From Octopus sinensis (Eukaryota): 64,000 nt of DNA. Below, piece by piece: positions 13,163 to 24,842 of this stretch. The position numbers and the translations under genes were made by a program. Numbering within the stretch: position 1 is the stretch's first letter; every line of letters begins with the position of its first letter. The stretch spans positions 114,886,001 to 114,950,000 of the forward strand of contig NC_043001.1 in NCBI RefSeq assembly GCF_006345805.1. The letters are read 5' to 3'. The notes under the pieces are model-generated. The model was not told the DNA's origin. It ran no database searches and was given only the letters and a program-made list of their open reading frames with translations.

Positions 13163-13542
13163 AGCACTCCGTCGGTTACGACGATGAGGGTCCCAGCTGA
13201 TAGGATCAACGGAACAGCTTGCTCGTGGAATTAACGTGCAAGTGGCTGAGCACTCCACAGACACTTGCACTCTTAACGTAGTTCTCGGGGATATTCAGCG
13301 TGGCACAGACAGTGACAAGGCCGGCCCCTTGAAATACATGTACAACAGAAACAGGAAGTAAGAGTGAGAGAAGGTTATGGTGAAAGAGTACAGCAGGGAT
13401 CACCACCATCCCCTGCCGGAGCATCGTGGAGCTTTAGGTGTTTCCGCTCAATAAACACTCACAACGCCCGGTCTGCGAATCGAAACCGCGATCCTACGAA
13501 AGCGAGTCCGCTGCCCTAACCACTGGGCCATTGCGCCTCCAC
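13163..13542 (-). mobile_element. tRNA-derived SINE family B, full length
   Basis: Minus-strand head GGAGGCGCAATGGCCCAGTGGTTAGGGCAGCGGACTCGC..GGTTTCGATTC (A/B boxes). Near-identical to the 25825 and 50408 copies. TSD ACGTTT(A/C)TGGGT at 13148-13159 / 13543-13554. Confidence 0.93.
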
Positions 13543-14389
13543 ACGTTTCTGGGTGCTTATTAGTCCACCGGAATTTTAAACTAATTACAACCAACAAATC
13601 GCAGTTCATGTGCGGAGAAAAAAAGATGGACAGGCGTTTGTCCTTCCCTAGCCTTATCCAAACTTTATGGATTTGAGCTTTTGTAAGAAATCAATTTTAT
13701 TTCATTCAACGTTGAAGTTTTCATTAAATGGCTTCTCTGGCTCTTTCTCACCGGTAACTCAATCCTAAGCACAGCTACCGAGTAGCACGTCTGCATATCA
13801 TATAAATTGATCGTCTTGCAAGGAAGGAGTATTTGGTTACAGTGCTGAAGAAAAGATGATACTAATGATGGGTATTATTTTAGATCTGATGATATGGCTA
13901 AAATATCGATCTAGTGCTGAGGGCAGCTACCAGTGGTTTTAGAACCACAACCTCCAATCCAACCATAGTGTGCCCTATCATGCGATAGTTGGTTGTCTGG
14001 TCACACAATATCCAATTTCCTCTAGCCTGTGTTCCTTTATCATTTTGGTGTTAAATCATTACTTTATTTGGTCCCATACTTCTCTCTTTTCCTAGAAGTC
14101 TCTCAGGTGTTTTGATATTGTTAGTGGTACAGTAATGTTGTTAACAACAGACTAAGGCATTCAGTGAATGTTTTAGAAATGGTGTTCTAATAGGTAATAT
14201 ATTTTAGCCTTACTGATTTCACTGTCGTTGAGAATGAAAACAAAAATAGCAATTGAGATCCATGTCTTGTATATTATAGTTTACTGAGAAGTTTGTGTCC
14301 ATGATCCTTTTACATAGGCTCCAAGACTGAAAGAAAAAGGGAGGAATATATCCGTAAATCGGTAGAACGCTGTGTCAATTTTCCCGCGT

Positions 14390-15470
14390 CCGTGATGTTT
14401 ACCCGAAAGTCGAGCAAGGAGACCTCTTTTCCACTATAAATCGGCTCTCCCTATCAATGCCAAAATGAACTAAAGATGCAGTGACAACAACAGCCGGGAT
14501 GCACATGTTATTCAGTTTCTAAAGATACTTGGGGCTAACGTATATATCCTACATCCCTTTCTAACTCCATACAGAAATGCAGGCCAGCTAAATGTCGCAA
14601 GAGGGATCTCTCTGAATCCTCTTTCCTGAAGCTTCCCTACTTCAATGAGAAGAACGTCTGCGCCATCTGCAAGGCAATCTGCAGGGAAGGACTCAACATT
14701 CGATTGGCCCGTTCAGGACCGCCCCGATGCAAGTATCCATCAATGTTCAGTACAACAACCCTGTACCCAATGAACTGCCCATTCATGACCATTACATATG
14801 ATCACGTACGTACGTCGTATACCAAATACGATGGTCCTAATGCAGCAACCACAACATTGGTAGCACAACACGACCACTCCACGTCCGAATTAAGGAGCAT
14901 CTCACCACCAACGCGTCCTCCTTCTGCAACCACCGGAGCAGAAGTGGCAACACCACCGAGGAGATAGACGCCTGGATACTAGCCTCTGGGAATAACACCG
15001 GCAATTTACTTCTAAAAGAGGCTCTGCTGATCCACCGTTTCAACCCGAAAATTAACAGTCGACTAGAGTTAAGTCAGTGGTTCTTATGACAACATCCAAC
15101 AGATGTTCAATGCCTTGCAACTGCAGTCGACATTTGTTTACACTAACACTCGGACAAGCGACTACTACTACTACTGATGTAACGCCGTCACACTACAAAT
15201 GGTGAGTTGTTTATAGCAACAGCTGCGAGACGTCGATTGCATCTACATTTGGAGAGCGACTGTTGCTCGGGAATTTGAATGGATTAACGGATTCTACATA
15301 ACTGAACTGTTCGTTGACTGTACTTTCTATCTGAAGATGGGCCTTTGCGCCTGAAATATAAATGTTTTATTAAACATTCAGCATTCTCAGAAGCTGTCTA
15401 TTTTCCCTCTTTTTACATTCTTCGATATTACAATGCTTCAATCCAACTGCAGCGCTGTTATATATATATA
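14390..15470 (+). mobile_element. 5'-truncated Penelope-like element (RT thumb, linker, GIY-YIG, 3' terminal repeat), decayed
   Basis: HYKSALPINAKMN, FLKLPYFNEK, and YVVYQIRWS*CSNHNIGSTTRPLHVRIKEH...LLLKEALLIHRFNPKIN* (stop 15087-15089). Hammerhead-like motif downstream; ends in (TA)n. Confidence 0.9.
15331..15360 (+). ncRNA. hammerhead-ribozyme-like motif in PLE 3' repeat
   Basis: CUGAAGA-U-GGGC(cuuugc)GCCU-GAA-AUAU-A: canonical core, 1-nt insertion, palindromic AUAU. Stem I is poorly preserved. Confidence 0.65.
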
Positions 15471-15660
15471 TATATTATATATATATATATACATATATAC
15501 ATATATTCGGTTTAAGTAATTGAGATTCAAGTGAATTCTAATGAATTCACATGAATATGGACCTTAACTAGGATGCACCGGAAATCTATATGGTGTTAAC
15601 CATACGACAAATGGGGTGATTACAAATAGGAAAAAGCAACAAAAATGCATTAAAATCTCG

Positions 15661-15692
15661 GTACAATTGTTTCGTCCGAGGACATCTTTAAT
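15661..15692 (-). ncRNA. hammerhead-like motif with decayed core (element about 15507-15930)
   Basis: Minus strand: UUAAAGA-U-GUCC(uc)GGAC-GAA-ACAAUUGU-A. Perfect stem II and palindromic stem III. Confidence 0.5.
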
Positions 15693-15929
15693 AAGCTACA
15701 AAAAATGCAGTAAATATAGATGTCTCGTACTCGTCAGCCGAAAAAACATCAGAGATTCCCAAACATCAAAAGGGGTAGATACAAATGAGGGTGTAAGTTT
15801 AACTGCATTGAAGAAAGTTCGATTCCTGGAGATCCGATGAAAGGTCTTGAACTTACAGAATTTGTGCACGTCCATATATAGCTCATAGTGAATTGTTAAT
15901 CAAGTTTTGTGAAGAAATTTTGGATACAA

Positions 15930-15960
<31 letters not shown>

Positions 15961-16310
15961 CGTATGATTGTATGTAAATCTCTCTCTCTATATATATATA
16001 TATCTATATATATATATATATATATATATAGTTATGTATATATATTGTTCGATTATTTTACTGTCTTTTAGTTCCCTCAAACTTTCTTCCTCTTTTCTTT
16101 TTCTCGCTCCCCCTCTCTCAGGTTTGTTGGCCCTCTCTTTCTTTAACTCCCACTTTCTTCCTCATTTATCTCCCCTTTAACTTTCCCTTTGTCTCTGATT
16201 TTTTTTCTAATCCTTTAGTCCCGTTGCCCCTGTTCTCCATGTTCTCAGTTTTCACAAAGACGAGAGTGAAACAACAAACATATTATTTTAACGCTCGGGA
16301 AGTGAGAATG

Positions 16311-16349
16311 CCTTTTTACGTTTCGAGCCTACGCTCTTCAACAGAAAGG
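16311..16349 (-). ncRNA. hammerhead-like motif, A6U core variant
   Basis: CCUUU-CUGUUGA-A-GAGC(guag)GCUC-GAA-ACGU-A-AAAAGG. Confidence 0.7.
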
Positions 16350-16727
16350 AACACAGAAATAGAGAAAAGACAAAAGGAAAAATCAGAAATTTCAAACATC
16401 TTTAGAAATGTTCAAACGGTTCAAACGTCGTGGTGTATTGGAGCGATTTCTCATTAAAGGAAAAGTTCAGTTTAATCCATAGGTAGGAGTGTAGGTTAAA
16501 CTGAAGTGTAGGAGTCCAGGTGTAGGAGAGTAGAAGAAAGTCCACCTAGTGAAGGCAGATAGAATAATCCAAGAAAATTTCGAAGTAGAGATGGAGACAT
16601 GATAAAACTGGTGCGACCACGTGAGCGTGTGATATATAGTGAGAATTACAAATGAAAAAAAAAGACGTCGACGGGTGTGTAGACAACAAGCAGATGCATT
16701 AGTTTAACGCTCGAGAAGTGAGAAAGT

Positions 16728-16757
16728 CTTTTACGTTTCGAGCCTACGCTCTTCGAC

Positions 16758-16758
<1 letters not shown>
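16728..16758 (-). ncRNA. hammerhead-like motif, A6U variant, 5'-clipped by (TA)n
   Basis: UGUCGA-A-GAGC(guag)GCUC-GAA-ACGU-A-AAAG. Confidence 0.6.
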
Positions 16759-16788
<30 letters not shown>

Positions 16789-16794
16789 TAGTTA

Positions 16795-17030
<236 letters not shown>

Positions 17031-17236
17031 TTCTTTTATTCATTTATTTGTTTGTCACTTGACTGCGACCATGCTGAAGCACCGCATTTAGTCGAACAAA
17101 TTCACCCCAGGACTTTTGTAAGCCTAATACTTATTCTATCAGTAGCTCTTTTCCGAACAGCTAAGTTACGGGGACATAACCACACCAACATTGGTTGTCA
17201 AACGATGGTGTGGGGACAAACACAGACACACAAACA
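17031..17236 (-). mobile_element. SINE family C, 3' half
   Basis: Reverse complement of TCCCCGTAACTTAGC..GATAGAATAAGTA..GTCCTGGGG..GGTGCT.CAGCATGG, matching 35870-36060. Confidence 0.85.
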
Positions 17237-17290
17237 TCCTATATATATATATATATATATATATATACTACGTTTATATATTTATATATT

Positions 17291-17497
17291 TAGTAAGGAG
17301 AGACACACAAATAAGAAAGAAGAAAGCAAAGGACTACTGATGGGGTCACAGGATTGTGACGAAAGAAATCTGGCCGAAATAAGATTAAGTTTAATGTAAA
17401 AAATAAATAACACTGAAGCAAAGTAACACCAAATATATAGTGCGTCTGTTTTTATTGGCTAAACTGGCAAAATGACCATTCCGAAATACAACAATAT
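17291..17497 (+). mobile_element. single arm of the 24843-25283 family (PLE-type terminal repeat)
   Basis: Colinear with 25084-25283. Contains CUGAUGG-G-GUCACA(ggau)UGUGAC-GAAA at about 17337-17364. (TA)n on both sides. Confidence 0.85.
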
Positions 17498-18990
17498 ATA
17501 TATATATATATAGAAATTCTCCAAACGAAGTCGTATGGTTTTTCGTAGTTTAACGGTGATGCAAAAGATAGTAACAACCACGAATACAGGAATACAGTTC
17601 CTTAAATGTATTGAATATAAAAATTCATTACCAATGCGCGCACACACACACATACTGACGCGCGCGTGAGCACTGTTGTACGTATGATTGTGCATGCGTA
17701 TTTGTGTATGTGTGGATGAATATGTTCAACTGTGTTGATTGATGTATGCGCGCAATCAGAAAATTAAATATGTTTATGCTCAGATATTTGTTTCTCCCTG
17801 TATATGTTTGTGTGCGTCGAATGGCTTTAGGTCCGTATGCTTCTTCTTTGTAAGTGTATCAGTATTTGTGTGTTTGTATGTGTCTATGTTTGTGTGCAGG
17901 CATGGTTGTATGAAATTGATGACGTGATCATGGATGACTTTGTCATATTTCATTTCTATTTTCTCACACCTCATAAAATGTCTTTCTTTCCCGTTTTATA
18001 GTTCGTATATTATATTTTTCCCGCTTGCAATCATCTCGACATTTCTAGAGGCGTTTCATTTTATCTTCACAATGATATATGTTTCACTGTCCGAAATGAT
18101 GTCGCCTTTGACGATATTAACAGAGCTTTTGAAATTCTCAGTTTAAATATGCTGGTTTCTTCAAAATAAATTCAGAATTATTCTTCCTGAATATTTAGCA
18201 ACACAAAATGTGTTCATTCTTCAAGCTGCCGCCATTATCATGCATTTCACCATTAAGTGGGGGGAATATTTGATTCTCTTTAGAATTGATAGGTCGTCAG
18301 TTTTCTGTTGTAAGTCTCTGTTAAAAGCATAAAATGTGAGCGAATTTCGTTCCGTGTTAGGGTGCGATATTCTCCAAAATATAACATCCGATGCGGCGTG
18401 GTGCGTAGCACCATAACCAAAGCTAGAAAATACGACACTGCGAAGTGGAAACAATAGTGAGGAAAGCGAAAGGTGTTCATGAACCTCCACTTCGCTCTTG
18501 CGCTCACGCCATGAGTTATTTTCCGTGTTTGTAAGAAGTTTAGTGCATATTACACCATGTTGATTTTGAAGTATTTCTTCCTAAATCATACTCTCTACAA
18601 TTGCTCTGAAAAAGATTAGTCTTCTTGACTTCGAAATGCTTAATTATCAGACGTTCAAAACACACATAAAATCTGAATGCTGTTTTTCTCCAATCGAAAT
18701 AAAGTCTCTATTAATAAGGGCTTTCTCTTCCTTTATTTCCCCCTCTCTCTCTCCCTCTTTCCCTCCTTCCAACAATCTCTCTCTCTCTCTCCCTCACTCA
18801 TTCCCTCTTTCTCCTTCTTTTCACTTATTCTTTATTATAGCTGTTGTCTTTGAGAGCCGTATCATTTTTGACGTAGCACAGCTAAAATCAAACCTTTCCA
18901 ACCATGGCCATTACGTCATTCTCACGCTCATTCATGTTTCACCTATACTTGAAACTACAACTTTCCTTTATGAGAGTATCCAGACTCTTC

Positions 18991-19082
18991 CAATACTAAA
19001 ACTAATATACTACTGGAACCGTCCATGAACGGACAGTTGTCCGTTCATGGACGGTTCCAGTAGTATATTAGTTTTAGTATTG
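18991..19082. repeat. perfect 45-bp inverted repeat with 2-nt loop
   Basis: CAATACTAAAACTAATATACTACTGGAACCGTCCATGAACGGACA-gt-exact reverse complement. Confidence 0.97.
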
Positions 19083-19864
19083 AAAGAATAGAATGCAAGT
19101 GGAGAAGAGGAAATATAGAATAAAGCATTTGGAGTCGCTATCATATTACGAATCCTCAAGTGGGTGATTTAAGATGTTTCAATGCCATTCATTTAACTCA
19201 TTATTTTTATATAAACCATTTGGTATATTTCTGTTGTTATCGTTACGCCTGACTCATCGTAAACTAAATACCACTGTGACCGATATCCAAACTACAGTGA
19301 AAAAGGCTAGCCACTGGATTTGGTTAAAAAGAGACGATATGCGATGGCTAGAAGAATATTGAGCTTTATTTGATAACCAGTTAATCTAGCAGGGGAAGGT
19401 GCTCATATCATTCAGGGGGACCAGTGTGCATTGATGCCGTCGAGATGTAGGCCCGAAACGGCGCGCATTCTCTCCTGATGGGCCCATACACTTGCTGGCT
19501 TCCAATATGTGGAGTTCTTAACTAGTAGCACTTGCATATGCAAATTGTTTGCAAAACATATATTTACACTGAAGCAGTTTTGATTTTGGCACAAAACAAT
19601 TCAGAAAGCCGGCAGGCTTCAACGTGTTGAGTTGAAATTTTTTCACTTGGCAAAACTTGCTGATGAAGGTTAAAGCTTTTCGCCAGAACTAGACATAATG
19701 ATTGAAGTGTATCAAAATACCAAACTATATAGCATTGGTATATTAAAAATTATTTAACCCATTCGCCTGACTGCTGTTGTTTTTCTGTTGAATTTTTTCA
19801 GTTATTGGAAGTTTAACACGAGGGTTTCACTCCTCTTTCTAGCAGGTAGGTACGTTGTGTGCCC

Positions 19865-20077
19865 TTATTATCGACCGCTAGCGATGATCGACCGCTAGGA
19901 ACTAAAGTTTTTTTTTATCCCCTCTCTGTTTATTTTCTCGTGTTCCTTTCTGTTGAAGAACGTAGGCACGAAACGTAAATGACTTTCTTACCTTCCCGTG
20001 CGTGAAACTGATAGACCTGTTTGTTGTTTATACACCTGCCTTCATCTTTTGTTGTTGTTTTTTTATAACTTCCAACT

Positions 20078-20080
<3 letters not shown>
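19865..20080 (+). mobile_element. PLE-type terminal repeat (family A6U) with decayed hammerhead-like motif at 19946-19981
   Basis: CUUU-CUGUUGA-A-GAAC(guag)GCAC-GAA-ACGU-A. Downstream sequence matches the reverse complement of 16640-16730. Ends in (TA)n. Confidence 0.75.
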
Positions 20081-20113
<33 letters not shown>

Positions 20114-20133
20114 ATATATATATATATATATAG

Positions 20134-20164
<31 letters not shown>

Positions 20165-20616
20165 TATATATACATACATTTATATCCTCTATTTGATATT
20201 CTATATCTATAAGGTATATTATCGTTGTTGTTATTATCAAACCTCTCTTTACTTCCTTCAATATAAAATCTCATAAAATGGCCTCCAACTAGCATACCAA
20301 ATCACTGAAATGGCAAAGACTACTACTTTATCTCTTACGTCCCTTCTCAGTTGTTTCCAGTAATTATTTCCTTATTAATTTCTCTCGTGTTTCCTCTTTT
20401 TTAAAATTTATTTTTGCCATATGTTTTGTCTGATTAGTCCCTGCAGGAGTATTTAAATGAAACAGTAGTCGCCTGTTGTTATAAGGCGTCTCAACAGTAA
20501 ACTGCACAACAGTATATGTATGTCAGTGTGTGTCTTTGCGTGTGCATATGTACATATATATACAAAAGATAGACATACACAATATGTATGTCTATAATGC
20601 GTGATTATATATATAT

Positions 20617-20655
<39 letters not shown>

Positions 20656-20663
20656 TTAGATAT

Positions 20664-20718
<55 letters not shown>

Positions 20719-20836
20719 TATGAGTATATGCATAAATGTCTATACACAAACGCCCACATATTATGTACGTATGTATGTATGTATCTATCTACATCTCTGG
20801 TTATAAAAATATATTCATATACACAATTATATATAT

Positions 20837-20870
<34 letters not shown>

Positions 20871-20953
20871 ATTGTGTGCAATTATATATACCCGTGCTAG
20901 CGCAGAAAACGGACGTTAAACGATGATGATATATATATATAATATATATATAG

Positions 20954-20998
<45 letters not shown>

Positions 20999-21079
20999 AT
21001 AATTGTGCGTATGGGAATATTTTTATAACCAGTGGTGTAGATAGATATTTAGATAGATGGATAGCTAGATAGATAGATG

Positions 21080-21313
21080 CATACATACATACAAACATAC
21101 ATACATGCATACATACCTACCTACATACATACATACATACATACATACATACATACATACATACATGCATGCGTACACACATACATACATACATACATAC
21201 AATACATACGTACATACATACATACATACATGCATGCATACATACATACACACATACATACATACATACATACATACATACATACATACATACATACATA
21301 CATACATACATAC
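21080..21313. repeat. (TACA)n microsatellite
   Basis: Seen directly. Also at 1683-1740 and, as (TATG)n, 47548-47610. Confidence 0.95.
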
Positions 21314-21714
21314 AGGGCGTGAGGGGAAAAGGATTGAAATACTGAAGCCCGTGTTCTCTAGGTGTCGATTGATTGAAATGAAGAGACGGTAACGTTATGG
21401 AAGCGAGGTGAAAATAAAGACTGAATCTAGCCAATTATACGAATGAAAACTTTTTTTTATTGCATTGTTTTATCTTTTTATAATAGCTTCCCAATCTTAC
21501 TTTAAGATAATTAATTTAATTAACTAACTTGTCCAATAAGACATAAATTTTCTTCCAGATCGTGAGACTTATTTAAACATTCCCATAAATCTCATCATAC
21601 GAAATGTCTTTCTTTTCTTGTTCTTCGGTGCGGTGCCAAAGTTTCATTCCGTCTTAATGTGGAGTTATTTTTCTTCCTCGCTCACTTACTCACGCCATCT
21701 CTCTCTCTCATACA

Positions 21715-21752
<38 letters not shown>

Positions 21753-22464
21753 CGTCCTGTCTTTCTCTCTATCTACCTATCTGTCTATCTGACGTTGCTC
21801 GGTTGTTCTCTTTCATTTTCTCTCTAATATCTGCCTTTAGTTCGTTTACACATCTATTTACTTGAATCTCTTTCTCACCGACGCTTGTTATTTGAAGTAT
21901 GGTCTCACACATATACATTCCTACACAAACACACACAAACAAAGACGCATGCATACATGTACAAAGACTCGTCGAGATACAAACACGTATGTGTGTGTGT
22001 ATAAGCTTTACTGTGGGTGTGTGTGAATGTATCAGTGTGTCACTTAACACACTGTGAGTCTTATATTCCACGTTCCTTGTTTTTCAACATTTCAAAACAT
22101 TGATTTTTAGATACAAGTGTAAGTAAGGTGCATCAGTATTTCCACTCGTTTCACCCGAATTTCGTGTGCTCGCCGTTGTGAGGGAGGGAGTGTCGATGAG
22201 AGAGTGTATGTGTGTGTCAGTGTATGCGTTTGTGTGTGACCCACACTAATGATTTTTTAAAGTCTCACACAATTCCATGTATTCACAGACAGGGTATCAC
22301 ACCTGACAATCGAGTAGGCACACGCATATACACATTATACATAAATGTCTCACTTCCATCGAACACTCATTCACACATACTTATGAATACAAACATGCTC
22401 ACACTCACGCATAAACGTGTTATAAAAAACACACGGGCACACATACACACGCATACATACATAC

Positions 22465-22529
<65 letters not shown>

Positions 22530-22551
22530 ATATAAACACACAGAGATAGAT

Positions 22552-22605
<54 letters not shown>

Positions 22606-22627
22606 CAGACAAACGGACAAATAGACG

Positions 22628-22658
<31 letters not shown>

Positions 22659-22728
22659 GATAGATAGACAGACAAACGGACAGATAGACGATAGATAGAT
22701 AGACAGATAAACGGATAGACAGACAGAC

Positions 22729-22903
<175 letters not shown>

Positions 22904-23913
22904 AAGGCAGACAGATAGATATACATATATTCACATACGTACATACACCCAAATTTGGCAACTGTAAAAGCAAGAACCCACCATATAACATTATATAAAG
23001 GATACTGCGAGCGGATGACCTGCCTTGACACGAGCTGCAATGAGGTAGCTTTCATTTGCTTTAACTTGATCGGAAATGCAATGTGTGTGGTTGTTGAGAT
23101 TATGTATTTCCACGCAGCTAATAGATGCCAACTTAACAAGCACTTATGCTAAAAGGTGACATAAATCTAAAATGCTTCAGAGTAATGAAATTCTTTTTTC
23201 TTTTCTTTTTGTTTTTTTTTTTTGTTTCTTTTGCAAAGGAAATGGCGTCAGAACAGTTTCGTTTTCCAATTGATCATCGTAGAGAAAAACTGAAATAAAA
23301 GAAAGTAATTGATCATTTTGGTCTTAAATTTAGATCTGCTGAATGCAAACTGTCGACACCTGCACAAATATACACGCACACACACAAAGACACACACAAA
23401 AACACACACACACATACAAACATACATACATTCATATATATATCCATAAATACGGATGAGTAGACAAACGGAATATATTGGCGTACAACACATTTGTTAT
23501 GTATATTAATTAATAACAGTTTGACAAATCTCCACACAACTTCGCAGCCTCATTGAACGAACCTAACGCGTCAGGCTTGTAGAGACCGACTGAAACAATT
23601 CCAAAATGCTTTCTAGATGTTGGGCTGCTATCGGTCGGCGCAGCTCTCATTACGTTTTAAGTATGACGCCAACATCAATTCCAACTTTATTCCTGGGACC
23701 ACGTGCTAGGAAAGAATGTTGTTGACTGGCGTATCTCTATTTGGGACGTGGTGTATTGTTTATTAGCGACATCAGTTCGTTGGTGTGTTTGACTGTGTTT
23801 CAGTATGTGTATCTGCCACGTGAGCGTGTATGTTTGATACGTAGCTTGTACATGGTGTGTTTTTCTTTCTGTTGAGAGCTACTGATGATAGGTGGAGTGT
23901 GTATGTAAGTATC

Positions 23914-24298
23914 GGATCTTTTCGGTTTGAACAGCAGTTTTTAACATAATTTCTAGGTAACTAAAACATTTTAAACTTCGTATACTGGTAGAATGTGTTT
24001 ATAAAACATCTTTTTCTCTATAGTTTGTAAGATATTTTCTTCAATTTCGGCAATTTCAACCAATCAATTACGTCCATTGACGTAAACAACATTATGTGCC
24101 GTATGAATATGTCCCTCGTTTAAGAAACAGATTGGGTTTATTTACATTTGTGAAGAAAAAAATGTTACCCTTCCCCCACCCCTAACCCTAACCCTAACTA
24201 ACCCTAAATCTAAAATATATTGAAATGCAATAGATCGATACTAGGGTCATAATTATGGGTGACAATTTCATATGACACCGCTAGAAAAAAAGGCCGTT
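23914..24298. mobile_element. probable non-autonomous DNA element carrying an internal (CCCTAA)n motif
   Basis: Left end GGATCTTTTCGGTTTGAACAGCAGTTTTT is partly mirrored by AAAAAAAGGCCGTT on the right. CCCTAA repeats at 24180-24207. Confidence 0.45.
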
Positions 24299-24337
24299 AT
24301 TTTCTATATATAATGCATACATGCATATATATGTGTT

Positions 24338-24338
24338 C

Positions 24339-24371
<33 letters not shown>

Positions 24372-24492
24372 TAGATATATATATCTATATATACATATAG
24401 ATATATGTATATATATATTATGTACATACATATATAATATATATATATGTATGTACATATATATATATTATGCATATATATACGTATATAAT

Positions 24493-24559
<67 letters not shown>

Positions 24560-24589
24560 TATATATATATATATATATATGTACATACA

Positions 24590-24624
<35 letters not shown>

Positions 24625-24710
24625 GTATGTACATATATATATATATTGCATATATATATACGTATATATATATATACATATATATATATAGTACATACAT
24701 ATATATACAT

Positions 24711-24787
<77 letters not shown>
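24338..24787. repeat. long imperfect (TA)n tract
   Basis: Seen directly. Many other (TA)n tracts, e.g. 2827-2906, 4532-4630, 12598-12735, 30471-30572, 36985-37110, 40090-40233, 58893-59052. Confidence 0.97.
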
Positions 24788-24842
24788 CGTTTAAATATTT
24801 TGTTGTGCAAGATTTTTTATGTGAAGTCGTGTGTTGAAACAG

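Larger units (their letters stand above)
16265..16760 (-). mobile_element. tandem pair of PLE-type terminal repeats (family A6U)
   Basis: TTTAACGCTCG(G/A)GAAGTGAGAA..TTTTACGTTTCGAGCCTACGCTCTTC occurs at about 16287-16340 and 16703-16754. Right end abuts (TA)n. Confidence 0.8.

Noticed and set aside
13470-13542. tRNA-like sequence (also near 26120-26189, 50715-50788 and 35640-35710)
   Set aside because: These are SINE heads continuous with SINE bodies (family B copies have TSDs), not standalone tRNA genes.
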